A DNA stretch of 63,483 nucleotides, filler included, from Reticulomyxa filosa (GCA_000512085.1; 24 parts of 24 records of this genome joined end to end with filler, not necessarily neighbours in it); one strand, 5' to 3'; positions 10,847-25,250 are shown, counted from the whole stretch's first letter. Made by a program: numbers and translations. Notes: generated from the sequence alone by a model not told the origin.

Positions 10847-12958
10847 TCACACAAGTATTAAAAAAAATTGAAACGTAACAAAGATTAGCTTCTTGGTCAA
10901 ATCAACAATGACACGTTTCCTAGGATGATTTGCTTTTTGGTTCAAGTGACCCCCTAAGAGTTTCAACAACAACTCAGCAGCTTTTTGATACGCACCGGCC
11001 AAGATGAGCAAGAGAATGGCACGCTCTTCATTGCCTTGAGCAAAAGCGACTTTCGCAGCTTGCTTGGCGACAGTGCGTGCGCGAATGTCGCCCGAGCATT
11101 GATAGATGAGACCATTGACACGAACGACGTCATTGATATTGACAGTGCCCAAGTACAAGCTGACAGTGGAGATGGGAGAGGTTTGAGCAAGTATGTCCAT
11201 CAGTACTTGACAGCCTTTGTTCATTTGGACGTACTTGTTCGTGTCGAGTTCCTTGCCGATTTCACTTTCGAGATCAAGATCGAGATCGAGATCGGCATCC
11301 ATATCAGCATCGACATCGACATTGACGACATCGATATCGACGATACCAGCATCGGCATCGACGTCCATGCCACTTTCCAAAGCTTGCAAAGAGGATCTGT
11401 GTTTGTGTTTTCTTTTGTGTTTTTTTTTTTCTTCATTTTTCTGACGATAATAAGGTGCCATGTATTGGTCGTCGAGCATTTGCAAGTACCAAAAGCAATA
11501 AGCTGGAAAGGACGGCGACAAATGTAAAGCGACAGTTTGGACAATATCCTCCAGCGGTGCTACTTTGCCTTGGACAGAGTCTTGAAGAACATTGAGAAGA
11601 CCATAGTATCGCAAGCCAAGTCCCAAATGAACCGCTTCCAAGGGATGATCCGGCCAGAGCGAGTTCACAGCCAATTCGAATTGCTGCGTTTGCAAAAGCC
11701 ATAGAGGATACAGAAACGGGTTGTTGGATTGCTTGGCGATGGACGGACCTTCATCCACAATGAGCTCTTGCAAGGCAGGAAGAGAGCAGGGCATGTAGCG
11801 ATTTCGCGCGAGGGCGGCTTTGGAAGTGGTGCCAGCATTGGAAGCGTGGAGCAATGACGAAATGGAATCATTGGAGTCTTTCTGTTCGTGCGGAAGCAAA
11901 GATCGAGCACGACTTCGAGGTACGAGCCATTCGGGCAAAGGATTCAAATCGTCAAACAGAATGCTCAACTTGAACCAGATGAAATCCTCAATGGTTTCCA
12001 TGACTGCGGATATGCGTAGGCGATCTACTTCGGCATCGCCAGCGCACTCGTTGGTACGATTGAGAAGCCAATAGATGATGATTTCAAATGGATCCATGCG
12101 TTTTCGTTGCTTCCTCTTGTACAAGTATATATCATTCAATTTTTTCCAAATGTGATCCGGGAGTCGCATCGGGCGATTCGCATACATGTCAACCAATACC
12201 ATGGCACTAGGAATGGACGAATATTTATTACCAATACTTGTGACATTTGGATTAATGTTGTCGATATGACTTGGATCAGCAGCAGTAATGGTAGTTGTGT
12301 CCATATTGTAACTGGTTTGAATTGCTGTCTTCCATTCGTTCTTTGGTCAAACAAACTCTTCAATGCCAACTTAATTAGAATTGCTCTTTTTCATCCAATG
12401 ACGCAAAGTCAATAGCCAATTGCAGGTCTCCCATTCGGATGGCGTAATAAATCAAAGGATACAACGGCAGCTCCTCCGAGCTTTTCAAGGTCACTCGATG
12501 ATACTCGGACAAGTGGTCAAATGAACCATTCTTCTCGCGATTTCGCACAAACGCAATGACCAAAGCCTCATTGCTCAACTGTCCGCCGATGCCAGATACA
12601 TTCGGTGCATTGTCCACCTCCAGCATCATTTGCTTGGCAAACATTCTGGAAAAGTATTGCAACGTCCCCATTTGCAAGTATCGTTGCAAACCAATCTTTA
12701 GTTTCATGTCATTGCCAAAGTAAGCCGGATAAAATTCGTACGGTCGCAACAGACATTCGTCTTTCAATTGTTGGAACAGTCCTTGGATTGGCTGTTCATG
12801 CATCATCAATGTAGCGCAATTCCACAAGTCCGACAGCGAATGCAACTGCTGAATCTCGTCCGCTGTCAATGCTCTCGTCGCTTGCTCTTTTTTCATCAAT
12901 TCGTTGTGTGTCGCCAAAAACTGCAAAAAAATTAACCCGTTTGTCGCTGCTGTTGTCA

Positions 12959-12989
<31 letters not shown>

Positions 12990-13448
12990 TGCAATGTTTG
13001 TGTTCATCATCGATGCCACGTCCACGTCATTCGCAAAGTGCCGCAAAGACCTCCCTTTTGATATCTTTTCTATCACTTGCGCAAAACGGATTTCCCACAC
13101 TTTGTATTCCGACGCAAACGACGATGGACTGGTGCCGTCGTCTTTTGCCTTCTTCTTCTTCTTCACACTCGCGTCTTGCCTCTGCAACGAAAATAGTATC
13201 GATTCATCAAAGTTTGACACTCCTGACAAAAACATATCCATCTCTGCATCTTTCCCGATTCCTCTCTTTTCTATTGTTCCTACTATTCCTCCTCCTAGTT
13301 CTTCTTCTTCTTCTTCTTCTTCTTTTCCTTCTCCTCCTCTTGCTTCATTCCCGTTGTTCACCGTAAAGTGTATCGTGTTGTCATTCAACAGCGTCAGCTC
13401 ATTCATCTTTTTTTCTTTCTCGCGTCGACCAAAGTCCAACGACTTCAT
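10847..13448 (-). CDS. NUP93: Nucleoporin Nup93/Nic96 (internal part; frame break near 12340-12392)
   Basis: LYPLIYYAIRMGDL, TIEDFIWFKL and LLQTQQFELAV...EAVHLGLGLRYYGLL match the Nic96 family pattern. Confidence 0.85.
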
Positions 13449-13454
13449 TATATA

Positions 13455-13485
<31 letters not shown>

Positions 13486-15143
13486 GCATATACATATATC
13501 CATTATTTTATTTTTGTTTGTATTTATTTATAATTTATTTCATATGCCTTTGTTTTTTTTTTTCATCCTCTTTAAAATCTCATTGTTTGCATAGTTTTGA
13601 TAATATACTATGCTTCCTCATATGCATACTGATATATACATATACATATATGTGCATACACACACACACACCACTACCGCACAAGATTGGATAATACAAT
13701 TGACAAAACTAANNNNNNNNNNNNNNNNNNNNNNNNNNNNNNNNNNNNNNNNNNNNTTAATTAATTAANNNNNNNNNNNNNNNNNNNNNNNNNNNNNNNN
13801 NNNNNNNNNNNNAAAAAAAAAAATACAAACCATTGCTTTTTCTTTTGTACACTGGATAGATTTCAACCCCATTTTTTTATATGTTTTTTTTGTGTGAAGG
13901 GGGAAATAAATGGAACGTTATTTGGTGGGCGGGGGAACTCCTATTACAAACACAAAACAGGTTATTATGGTTTAAAAAAAGAAAAATAAAGCAAACCTTG
14001 TTTGCTCCTTTCGGAGACAGGGGTGACATTCTACCCCGTGGTATCTTTTTTTTCCATCACAGTATGGCCTACACACATATCATTATATCACATTTTATTT
14101 ATGTATTTATCTTTTTTAAAAAATCCAACAAAAACAAAATACGTACATATATTTATTTACACAGATATACTTCTAAAAATTGATCATTCACACAAAAAAA
14201 AGAACAATCTATACCTGGAAGAAATGCAAGTTGTGGAAGTAACTGACGGTATTTTGATGCGGCAACATATAAAATGGCTTGCCTTGGTGGCTTGGCGCTG
14301 CTCGAGATTGGGGGGTCTCAACACTATGATATATTGTTGTGGAGACATGTAATGTAGCCTCGTATTCCAATTGCCAAATGAAATGGTTTTGCATTGGCAT
14401 GTTTTCTTTGTCCATCTTATTAGTCGCGTCCTCCACCAATTGCCCAACGCTTTGCGCCATATCTTCAACAAGCGGATTATATTCAATTACTCAAACCGAC
14501 ATTAGTCTATTGTATGTTTTAAAACCAAGATCATCATTTTTTAAATAATAAACCTAAAAGAAATTTATTTTTTTTGCTACTAACTGGACATTTGATTTGC
14601 CGACACCATTGTTATACCGCAAAAGATTATGTCGTTTTCGCTTGCACGCCAACAACGAGCACTATAATTCTTTTTTGATGTCGATTCTTGCAAACTTTGT
14701 CTATGCATTTCTATCAATGTATCGACATGTACGCTATCCCGTCGTTGTAATGCTTTGTCTATTTTAAGATAATTGTTTTCGTGTTAATTCTTTTTTATAT
14801 GAAAAGATGAATTGTAGTGATAAAATTGAAAAAGTGGATGTTATTGAGAAAATGAAAAAATGATTATTTTTTTAATTACTCGAGCCAGTCCAATGATAAA
14901 TGAATTGAAGCCATTACGTTGCCTTTTTTGGTGCCAATTATATCCAACAATCGCCCTCCAGTAATTNNNNNNNNNNNNNNNNNNNNNNNNNNNNNNNNNN
15001 NNNNNNNNNNTTAATTAATTAANNNNNNNNNNNNNNNNNNNNNNNNNNNNNNNNNNNNNNNNNNNNTGTTATGTATATGTGTATGTATGTCATTTACTTA
15101 TTCATTTCCAAAAAAAAAAAAAAACAAACAAACAAACAAAAAA

Positions 15144-15806
15144 GGTGTAACGGTGCCAAAATTTGGAGTGCCTAATCAGCCATTGTTCTTGTCCCCTGGT
15201 GGAGGGAGCGAATATTCCTCCGTGCTCTCCGCCGGCTCGACGTCGTTTGTGAACATAGCTCCTTCCACGGTGTCAACCAACAAAGTGCCGACCATGGCGC
15301 CCCCGAATGCAAGTAGCAAAACCCAACGATATTTGTCTCCGGGCTCTCAACAAGTGTTGGATTTGCAAACGCAACTGCCCCCAAGTTCAGGACAGGTCTT
15401 GGGGTTCAATCAAAACGGAAACTCCATTAAATTGTTTGACCCAATGGTTATCAATCAAGCCCATGTCAATAACGTCAACAGCATTAAAAGCGCCAATGAC
15501 GTCGATTGGACTTTGACCGTCCCACTTGAGACACTTTATATTTCGAGCAACAACGGGAATAATAACAACAACAATAGCAATAACAATAACAATGACAATA
15601 ATAATAATTCTTATAATTACAATAACAACATTGATCCAAAAATTGGTGACAAAGTATTTGCCTCTGTATACAAATACTACCCGAGCAACGCTGACAAAAT
15701 CACGGGACAAGTATTAAGTCGTTTTAGCATGGATGCTTGTTTGAAAATGCTTGAAAATGCAACTGATTTCAAAGTCAAAGTCGATCAAATTGCCTCAGTT
15801 TTGTAA
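15144..15806 (+). CDS. Last exon of a protein ending in an MLLE (PABC) domain
   Basis: KIGDKVFASVYKYYPSNADKITGQVLSRFSMDACLKMLENATDFKVKVDQIASVL aligns with MLLE LGERLF..AGKITGMLLE..LL.MLE....L..KVDEA..VL. Confidence 0.75.
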   Translation, partial: GVTVPKFGVPNQPLFLSPGGGSEYSSVLSAGSTSFVNIAPSTVSTNKVPTMAPPNASSKTQRYLSPGSQQVLDLQTQLPPSSGQVLGFNQNGNSIKLFDPMVINQAHVNNVNSIKSANDVDWTLTVPLETLYISSNNGNNNNNNSNNNNNDNNNNSYNYNNNIDPKIGDKVFASVYKYYPSNADKITGQVLSRFSMDACLKMLENATDFKVKVDQIASVL

Positions 15807-17699
15807 TCATAATCTCCATTCTTCGGCTTATTGTTGTTACAAAAAATATATATACAAGTGTTTCATTACTCATAATGTTTTGTGTTTGTACTTGTTTCAA
15901 ATCACTAGCAACTCAATACTCGCGAAGCGCAACAACAATAAGTTGTTTTGTTTTTTTTGTTTCCTTCTTCTTCTTCCACTAAATTCTCAACCCACAAAAA
16001 AAAAAATGAATAAATAAGTTAATTAAAAAAAAAAAAGCAATAATAAGGTGAGTTAAGTTTTCATTTGTTTTTCAAAAGAGAGAGGAACAAAAACCAATTG
16101 TTTGGGGGAAAAAGGGAAGGAAATCACTACATGCGACGTATTTGTTGCTTTTTTTTTTCTGTAAATATGTTTTATTTGAGTCACACACATGCTGGTGATT
16201 AAAAACAAACGTATTACAATAATAAATAATGGCCGCATATTCTAGTTTCATTTTAATACATTTGTTTTTTTTAATGAGGTTTCTTGAACTTTTTTTTGTG
16301 TATTTTACTCTAGATTTATGTTGTCAGGATTTTATATGTTTTGTTTGGAACTGTTTTGTTTGTTTTTATTTTGTGGAGGAGGGAAAAGGCCAGATTGTGT
16401 TTTGTTTCTTAGTTTGGCTTCAAGAAAGCAAACATCACACCAAACATTGCATACAATGTCTTGATAAAGGCTTCATTTTAAAATTTGCGCGTTGAATGGC
16501 AAACAACATTCTATGGCTGAAATCTTGTCTTTTTATGCTCAACGATCATTTTTTTTCTCAAACGGGAGATGATCTTCGATAGCCAAATGGGCCAAAAGAT
16601 TATTGCTCTTGTAAAAATTTCATAAAAACGAAATACAGTAAGATAAAAAAGAAAGTTGACACNNNNNNNNNNNNNNNNNNNNNNNNNNNNNNNNNNNNNN
16701 NNNNNNTTAATTAATTAANNNNNNNNNNNNNNNNNNNNNNNNNNNNNNNNNNNNNNNNNNNNTTTTTCTCTTCATTAAGACGTAATTTACAACTCATAAA
16801 TATTTATTTCAAAAAATGCGAAAGTTGTTTTTGGAGCCACAATTGCACAAGCACAAATAAAATGCTTTTTAATTTTTTGCTTTTTTCAAGTTGTTTTGTC
16901 AAAATATTCCAAAAATTACAACTTAATTAAAACTTATAATTGTTTTTGAAATGAATCCTTAATTAAATATTCACTTTTTCTTGAGTAATGATTTTCCTCT
17001 GGAAGAGAAAAAGTTCTCATGGCTTAACTAAATGAAGTAATAGTATAATTTGTTAAAATTTCTTGATCAAGTTATAGTTGTTAAAAAAATTGAACACAAG
17101 TTTCAGGTTCACATAGGGATATTGTTAGCTGTAATTAAGATAAGATATTTTATAATCCAACAAGAGACACCTTGGTTGTCCCAACAACTTCGAAATCATA
17201 TTCTAGATATGCAACATGGAGTTGTTGAACATCCTTGGTCTGTTGTTGCTGTTGTCTAATCGCCTCACTCTGCATCCAATTTTAATAACAAAAAAGTTTA
17301 TTTTCAATAAAATTAATAGTAATAATTTTTGTTTGAAGAACTTATTTCTTATCATTTTTCTCGTTTAACAAAAGTTTTAATTTTTTTTGACATCAATAAA
17401 TTTCAGCAAGGGCTTCTAAAAACGTTTGACCACAATTAGTAGCGAAAGTTTGAGTTTTGGAATAGTTGCAAAAGTTTTACTTATTTTCATAAAATTGCTG
17501 ATTCAACAAGAATTTTTTAATAAAAAAATTAACGACGAAAGTTGCGACAAATGCTGCTTATTTTTTTGTAAAAACTAAAAAAACGCAAAAGCGCAAGAAA
17601 AACAAAAAGAGCTGTTTTAAAGCATTATTTGATCATTGTAATCAATCACAAATAATCAAATAAAGATTTAGAGAAAAAGGATTCTCATGTTTCGATCAG

Positions 17700-20600
17700 A
17701 ACTCTTTTTACAATTGGTAAGCCTTGTGAAAATATGAAATGTCGAGATCTTGTAGATTTATGCCACTTGATATTCAAAATAACATGTTTTCTTTCGCTAC
17801 CTTAAAAAGTACACTCAGACATTGCTCTTATATATTAAATTTCTAAATCAATTATTATATTGTGATGTTAATCCACTTTCTAAAGATTAAATAGTAAAAG
17901 GCATTCGTCAGGTATAAGAAGTCATCATGGAAAAAATCAAAAACGAGCATTAATTTTTAGTTGTTTTTGGCTAATATTGAAGAAAAAAAGCAATAAAACC
18001 AAATTAATAATTTATATGATCAAAGATGCGCCATAAGGCACCCACATGTTTTACAAGTAGCCTAACATCATTTTCTTCCTTGAACAAATCACAGTCTTTT
18101 TGGTTAAAATTCATTTCCTTCATCCAAGTCGATATAGTCTCATTCCTATCAAATAGATGTCAAGTGTGTAAAAGAAATTACATAAAACTCCAAAAGCTGT
18201 CTAGTGTGAAGTCTTAACAAATTAATTTTGTGAATATCATGACTGAGCAACACAACCAATTGCGAAAGAATTTCAAATGCATGCTGTATCTGTTGTGGAT
18301 CATCAAAAAGCGCTTGAACAGACTCTAATTCATTTGCGTCAAAGTATGCATTTTTGATATCTGGATGATAGCGTTCAAGTGTCTCCAAGCAGTGTTTGAT
18401 GGTTAATTCATCTGCAAATTCAAATAATGGAATAGAAATATCAATTTTATGGCCCCGAAAAGTTTGATTATAGATCTCATTTTCAATGAACTGAAAGCCA
18501 ATCTGTTGATCATCTTTTTTATTGCCATAGTTAAATGTTGGATAATAACAAGATTGAATAATAGCATTCAATGTATTTTCATCGATTGAAATAACATCAA
18601 GAGGAGTAATATCAAACAAAGATTTGGAAATGACGTCGTTATTGTTATTGTATACACTATTATCGTGCATCTTCCTTTCTTCTTGGTTTGGCCTTATGTT
18701 CGATTTGGAATGAACATTTTGCAAAAAATCATTATGAATAGATTGCAAAGTTTCAATCATTGCCACAACCCTCAAATCAGGATTATCTGGATGAGCGATG
18801 CTATATACAATAGCTGCTTTCTCCAAAGGTATGGGCTTATCAAAATTACCCCATTTTGTTTCTATTGTTTGTCCAGCAAATGTATTCCAACATTTGACAA
18901 AATCTTCCCACATTTGAATGAGGTTTGTCTCTTTACAACTATCGCGAATGATATCGTCAGCAAATATTTTTTGGATCTGATATTTAGTTAACTTTCCAGA
19001 GTATTCCATGTGGCAATACTTCATCCATTGTGCAATGGAAGGTAACAATTTGACACATTCAAGTTTATCAATCCATTTTAATGTATGAAATAGCAATGGA
19101 TATCTATGTTGTAATTCAGTGTCGTTGTAAAATTGATTAGTTAAATTTGATGCAGAGAGATGGCGAGTAACCAAAAATAAATGAGGGATATGTTGTCTTT
19201 TAAATGATTCATCATCCAACAATTGACTTTCTTTTATCTCACAAAGAATCTTATTCATTTCCTTTGATTCAATAGGTATCTTTATCTCATTATATAAATT
19301 TTTAAATTTAATAAAAAATGGAGAATAATAACTTCCAATTCTCCTTTCAAAATCTAATACGTTTTGATAATCACTGCTTTCCAATTGATCAGGATATGCT
19401 TCATTCCACCATTGCGGAAACTTTGACATCCAACAATGTAAGGCAACGCAAAGTTGCTCTTCATTCAGTTCTGTCATTTGTGATAACTGTTCAAATTTTA
19501 TCTTGGCATTTCTCCATAAATAATTAGTCACCTTTGTCTTTTCCTCATTCAATAGTATTCCAAGTTCTGTACAATTTTCCATACAACTTATATCTCTCAA
19601 TAGCAATGTCAAATTAGACAATAATTGCAACAATGTATAAATCACTGGAGATATTTCCTTATTTTCGTCTTCTTCGTTGTCTTCTTTTTTCATTGTTGAT
19701 TTTTGATTCTGATTCATTCTCATTTGTTCCGGTAATGGTTTGATCACACCAAGGATCTCCACACTGGGCTGAATTTGGAAAACATTGCCGATTGCTCAAA
19801 AAGGAACGATGTCCATTTCGACAGTGGCTAAGAATAAGTGTACCAATTTTTTTGACCTTTCTTGTTGACACATTGCCTGGAATGTGTGTGCTAGTAAATA
19901 TTTCGGGCTGTAATAATAACAACTTGTATGGATTCCCTTGTGATGTGTATGTAGGTAGATTGTATGTAAAATGATAAAGAAAATATCAAACATAATGGGA
20001 AAAATTATCCCTAAGTCAAAAAGATTCCACGGAATAACTTTCAGTAATTTGAAGAATAGCGAACCAATGAAAGCAAAGTCTGACAAGAATCTCATGGTTT
20101 ATGTCTTTGCAATTTGACAAGGAAAACATTGTCCTCTTTGTACTAGAAGGCATACTGGAAAGCAAGTTTCGAATACAGTTGGACTCAATGTTGGAAGTTA
20201 TGTATCGATTTTTCAGCAAATTTGCTTGAATTTCTATAGTTTTATAAATCAGATATCTTATTTCCATTTATTTTACAAACAAACAGTGGAATTCAAAACT
20301 TGGCAAAAGAGTACCGAATTTCAAAGAAGCGTTCGACAAGTTGAATGTACATAATACAGTGGTTAACAAACAGGCAAAATCGTGTTTCTCATACATTTGA
20401 GAAGTGGAAATTTCTCCATCCACTAAACGTTTATTAAAACTTATATATTTAGTACCAAAATCTTTGTCACATGTACTGATAATCCATTCAATATCAGCTT
20501 GATGTCGGAATTGAGAAATAGGATTGAGAGGATCCTGACACAATTGACTTTTGACATATGGTTGTAAGACGAACATTTGTGTCCAAATGAAGCCTTTAGA

Positions 20601-20735
20601 CATACAGCATTGTTTCAAAAACCATATATGGAAGCTATGTTGATAGGTCTTCCAAGCATCACCAAAGAGCTTTTGATGGCTTTGGAAATAAGACAAACAT
20701 TGACAAATTGTCCATATACCATCATTCATATCTGT
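17700..20735 (-). pseudogene. RNF213 (mysterin)-like C-terminal E3/RZ-finger region, disrupted by several frameshifts/stops (pseudogene or assembly errors)
   Basis: Collinear RNF213-like blocks QPEIFTSTHIPG, CRNGH..C..C..C..ITG, ISPVIYTLLQLLSNLTLLL, YPLLFHTL..LECVKLLPSI, FVKCWN, MIETLQSIHNDFL, FQFIENEI. Confidence 0.7.
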
Positions 20736-23700
20736 NNNNNNNNNNNNNNNNNNNNNNNNNNNNNNNNNNNNNNNNNNNNTTAATTAATTAANNNNNNNNN
20801 NNNNNNNNNNNNNNNNNNNNNNNNNNNNNNNNNNNATTATGACCTCCACAAATGAGGAGTTCATGTTTGTGTAGCACACATTGAGAATGAGAAAGAGGAG
20901 GGAACTCCTTCAAATTTTGAAAGTTAGTTGTATTTCGATTACACATTTCGTTAATGTTATTGAATTTTTTTTTAGCTTTTTTAAAAAGGGACGTGGTATA
21001 ACCCTTTTGAAAAAAAACAAATAAGCTGTTTTACGTGGCAATATGTAATACATAAAAAAAACACATTTAGTGTTGAATTGATGTATTTACTGTTTTTTGT
21101 AAGGAAGACAAAGATGTGAGACGTACTTGCCTACTTGTTATTCAGCGACTTAAATAAAAGACAATGAAGTATCTTAATAACAAATTTACAGTTTAAAAAG
21201 TTGAAAAAGGGGGAAAAAAAGAAAAAGGAAAGAAACTGGAAAACGTTAAAGTTTTTTTGTTTGAAGCTGCAAATTTTTGTTTTATTTCCAGATTTAAAAA
21301 ATTCACTAAATTACACGCATTATTAAAAAAATTGGAATTTTGATTGTTATTTTCTTGAAATGTATTGCCTTTTTAAAAAACAAAATAAATGACAAATATC
21401 TTTCCTTCAAAACACAAATGTTATTGTAAATCAACTATGCCCAGCACAATACAATCTTTTTGTTGTTTAAACAAAAAATCTTTTAACTGAGTTTTTTTTT
21501 GTCCGACTGATCAATGGAAAAAAAAGTATAATGTTAAAGAAAGTATATGTTCCATTATTACCTAAAAAAATGTTTTTTGGAGTAAAGAAAAACTATCAAT
21601 TATTGCTTAAAAAATTAGTTTTATTGACTTTTTTTAAAAGAAGTTATTAGAACGAATAATCATTATCAGTATTTCAAACAATATTGAAAAAGTTTGTCAC
21701 AATTTGTTCTTTCATGTCAGTTATCTCCATCTTGATATATGTAGCAAGTGATCTGATTTAGTTTTTATTTGTTCAAATAAAAATAATGCGTTCCAAAATT
21801 CTTTTTGATTACGTTTGCCTGATATACTAGTATTAGTTGTGGCCGATAACAAAAATGCAAAAGTTGAAACTTCGATTTTGTCATCTTAGTTTTTATGTAC
21901 GGATTATAAGTGTCAACTCTTTTCTTTTTGAATTGCTATTGATTATTTGTTTAAATATTATATCCCTTTTTTCTTTGTTAATCTGAAGAGTTTTTATTAT
22001 TATTTAACTGTACATTTTTTTGTTATGGTTTCACTGCTGGAATTACATTGCGAATTNNNNNNNNNNNNNNNNNNNNNNNNNNNNNNNNNNNNNNNNNNNN
22101 TTAATTAATTAANNNNNNNNNNNNNNNNNNNNNNNNNNNNNNNNNNNNNNNNNNNNAGCTTTGACTGTTGTGTAGACCAATAGCTTACGACAACTGGAGA
22201 TAGGACACTTCAAAGTTAAGAGGTGGTGTGAAGACGCCATTGATTTCAATGGTCAATAAAACAAACCAAGTAGATATTCGCGATCAGGACCGAAAAAGAA
22301 AACTTGTAGTAGCACTTGCAATGTGCGAAAGCCACTTTTGGCTACGGTTATCGAAACATTTATTAAAAAAAAAATTTTTTTTTTTTTTTTTACTAAATAA
22401 ACAAAAAGTTAATTTTGTCATTTAATGCATTAAAGAAAATGATAAGCATAACCAATTTTCTATTTGCTGTGCACATTCATTTTAAGGCATCGATCTTTGC
22501 TAAAAGTCATTTTCTAATAATCCTAGATATTGTTAATTGGACGAATAATAAAAAAAAAAATAAATAAAATTATTCTATATCAACGATGCTAAAGTGACAA
22601 AAAAGTGGCAAGTGTCCTGTGAATATCCAACAATTGTAAGCTCAATTAGTTGAATTCTTAAAAGATTGAAGGTTTTTCTGAAACATCATTATTTAACGCA
22701 GCTGCAGAAAACAAGCTCGTGCACTTTAGCAAATATCGGTCATTGATCGACCAATGAAAAATAATTTAAAGAAAAAGGAAAATCTAAAATTGTATTTAAA
22801 TAAGAACAATAGGGAATATGTCCACCTTATTGCAAAACACAGGAAAAACAGATTCGAAAATACAACATAAAAATAATACCAGCAAACGTACAAAATAGCA
22901 CATTATCCAAACAAAACAACATGATATCACTATATATACAAAGAAAACCAAATAAAAGAAGAAGACATGTAGATAGTGATGATGAAAGCATAAATGGTAA
23001 TGTACCACCATTGGAAAAAATAAACACAAATATAAAAGATCAAAATTTGATTCTATATAATAACAACGGAAAGTGTAGTGATGAAAAACACGATCAAACG
23101 GAAAAAAAAAAGAAATAACAGAGAAAAACATTTGGCAACAAAATAGGGAAAACCAGGAGACAATTTTTCTGTTNNNNNNNNNNNNNNNNNNNNNNNNNNN
23201 NNNNNNNNNNNNNNNNNTTAATTAATTAANNNNNNNNNNNNNNNNNNNNNNNNNNNNNNNNNNNNNNNNNNNNAGATGAAAATAATCAAAAAGTACATTG
23301 AACTAAAATGTTAATAAAACATTCAAAAATGTATTTACGTAGTTGATAATTTTGAAAATGAAATAGATTATAAATTATCAATCTGAAAAATCAAAAAATT
23401 GCATATTTCTAGAGTATAAATGTAAGATATAACTCATATAAATTTTCAAAAAATTATCTTTTTTCATTATAGAGACATTTGCATTTAAGTAAAAAAACGA
23501 ATGAAAATTCGCAACATATGAACACTTTTGACCGCAACTGTAGCTTAATGATATACATTGTAATTCTAATTTAATTAATTATCATAATGAATATTATTTG
23601 TATCTATACGATAAACGAGTAAAAAATCAAATATCAAAGAAATGACAAAAAAAAACATTGGATATTTTCTTCCAATTAACAAACTGTACACAGTTTTAGT

Positions 23701-24159
23701 AGTTTTTTTATTACAAAAAAAATCCTTTTTTAGATTTTGATCTACCTTTCATCTTTATTTACTTGTAGATGCGACCAGATTTTGAAAATTTTAAATTTAA
23801 CATCAGTGACATTTGTAGATGCACAAGAGGAATGCACATTAAAGTTTAGATAAAATGCATTTGACGCAAATACATTGTTCTTTGTCAATAAATCAACTGT
23901 CAAACTTGCAGGAGGCGTGCAAGATGAATCAAAGACAGGAAAATATGAAGTGGAAATAAAGGTATTGGTAAAATTATATGGTAATATGATTAAAGAAGAT
24001 ATACTGAGGAAAAAGCTCGAACAGGACAATGGATGATAGGTGAATACAATAATTAGCAAATCGTTACAAATCACATTTAGATATTGAAATATTGAAACCA
24101 CTATAGCTGTTGAAAAATGAATTGAAAATGGCACCATTTGTGTCTGAACAATTGTGTAA

Positions 24160-25250
24160 ATTCAATCCAGAGAAAATGAAAGGAAAAGCTATTTATGTAA
24201 TTTTATATGAATATCATAAAAATATATAATTGGAGAAAAAAATCCAGCAAGTTTTGTTGATTGTATTAATATTACAAGAATCAAGAAAACAAGAAATGGA
24301 AGAAGATATTGCCCTAGCACAAGCGCCGGAAATGTATATTCCATTACAAATAAACAATTATCCACATGCGGATAGTGATGATAATAAAAAAATGATACAT
24401 TTGATTGCCACAAACATATGTTATCGAATTTTTAGGAGAAAAAGAAACACTAGAAGAAAAAAAATTGAACAAAAAAAAAAGTAATGGTAATACAAGGGAA
24501 ATCAGGATCAGAAAAAAGTATATTTTGTCAATTTGGAAGAAATATTATGGAGTAATTATATAAATGATTTAAGACAATATATTCCCATTTATATTTCTTT
24601 TCCAATTTTAGATCGTGCATTTCTTGAAGGAACTAATTTTAGTAATACTAATTTGAATCATATGCGTTTTCGTCAAGCTTGCTTAACCGAGGTTAATTTC
24701 ATAAATGCATCAATGAATGGTATCTACTTTGGAGAATATGCAAAGGCATTCAGATGGGACAAAAATAGTATATTATTCAGATGAAACAATTCGAATAATC
24801 AAAAAGACAACTTCAATTATAGGATGATGCATTTGACGCAAAATATTTGTCAGATGGGTATAGAATTATATTTAATTCATTTAATGATACAGTCAAATTG
24901 TGGAATATGTTATCTAATAGACAAGTTAAAATATTTGTAGGATGTGTAGATAAGGTACGTAAGATACAAATTTCACCGATTATTCTGAATTTATATCGTA
25001 CATGTAATGATATAATACGAATATGGGATATAATCTGGAAAGCAACTTTTTTCATATGAAGTAAGCGAATATGTGAGAACAAATCCAAATATTAAATGAA
25101 CATTTTGATGACATGTGTGGAATAAAATTTTTATTGGCTGGCTCTAAAATTATTTCATATTCAAATGACAAAATCATTCGAATATGGGGCAATGATGATG
25201 GCAAAATTGTTGATTTAACTGAAGCTAGCGTGGTAGATTATATTTAAAAA
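24160..25250 (+). pseudogene. Degraded NACHT/STAND NTPase - pentapeptide repeat - WD40 gene
   Basis: Degenerate Walker A VMVIQGKSGSEKS (24481-24520), YIPIYISFP, pentapeptides AFLEGTNFSNTNLNHMRFRQACLTEVNFINASM, WD remnants DTVKLWN and DIIRIWD. Many stops. Confidence 0.7.

Noticed and set aside
12312-12402. Alternative 91-nt GT-AG intron that would also repair the Nup93 frame
   Set aside because: Its composition is coding-like, unlike other introns here. Two A-run errors seem likelier, but this is unresolved without RNA-seq.
13813-14966. Short minus-strand coding-like segments (14209..14460)
   Set aside because: No recognisable family, an upstream in-frame stop and no consistent exon model.
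20266-20270. In-frame TAA between contiguous ORFs, suggesting stop-codon reassignment
   Set aside because: TAA terminates intact genes (both tubulins, RNF121), and this region has other frame breaks.
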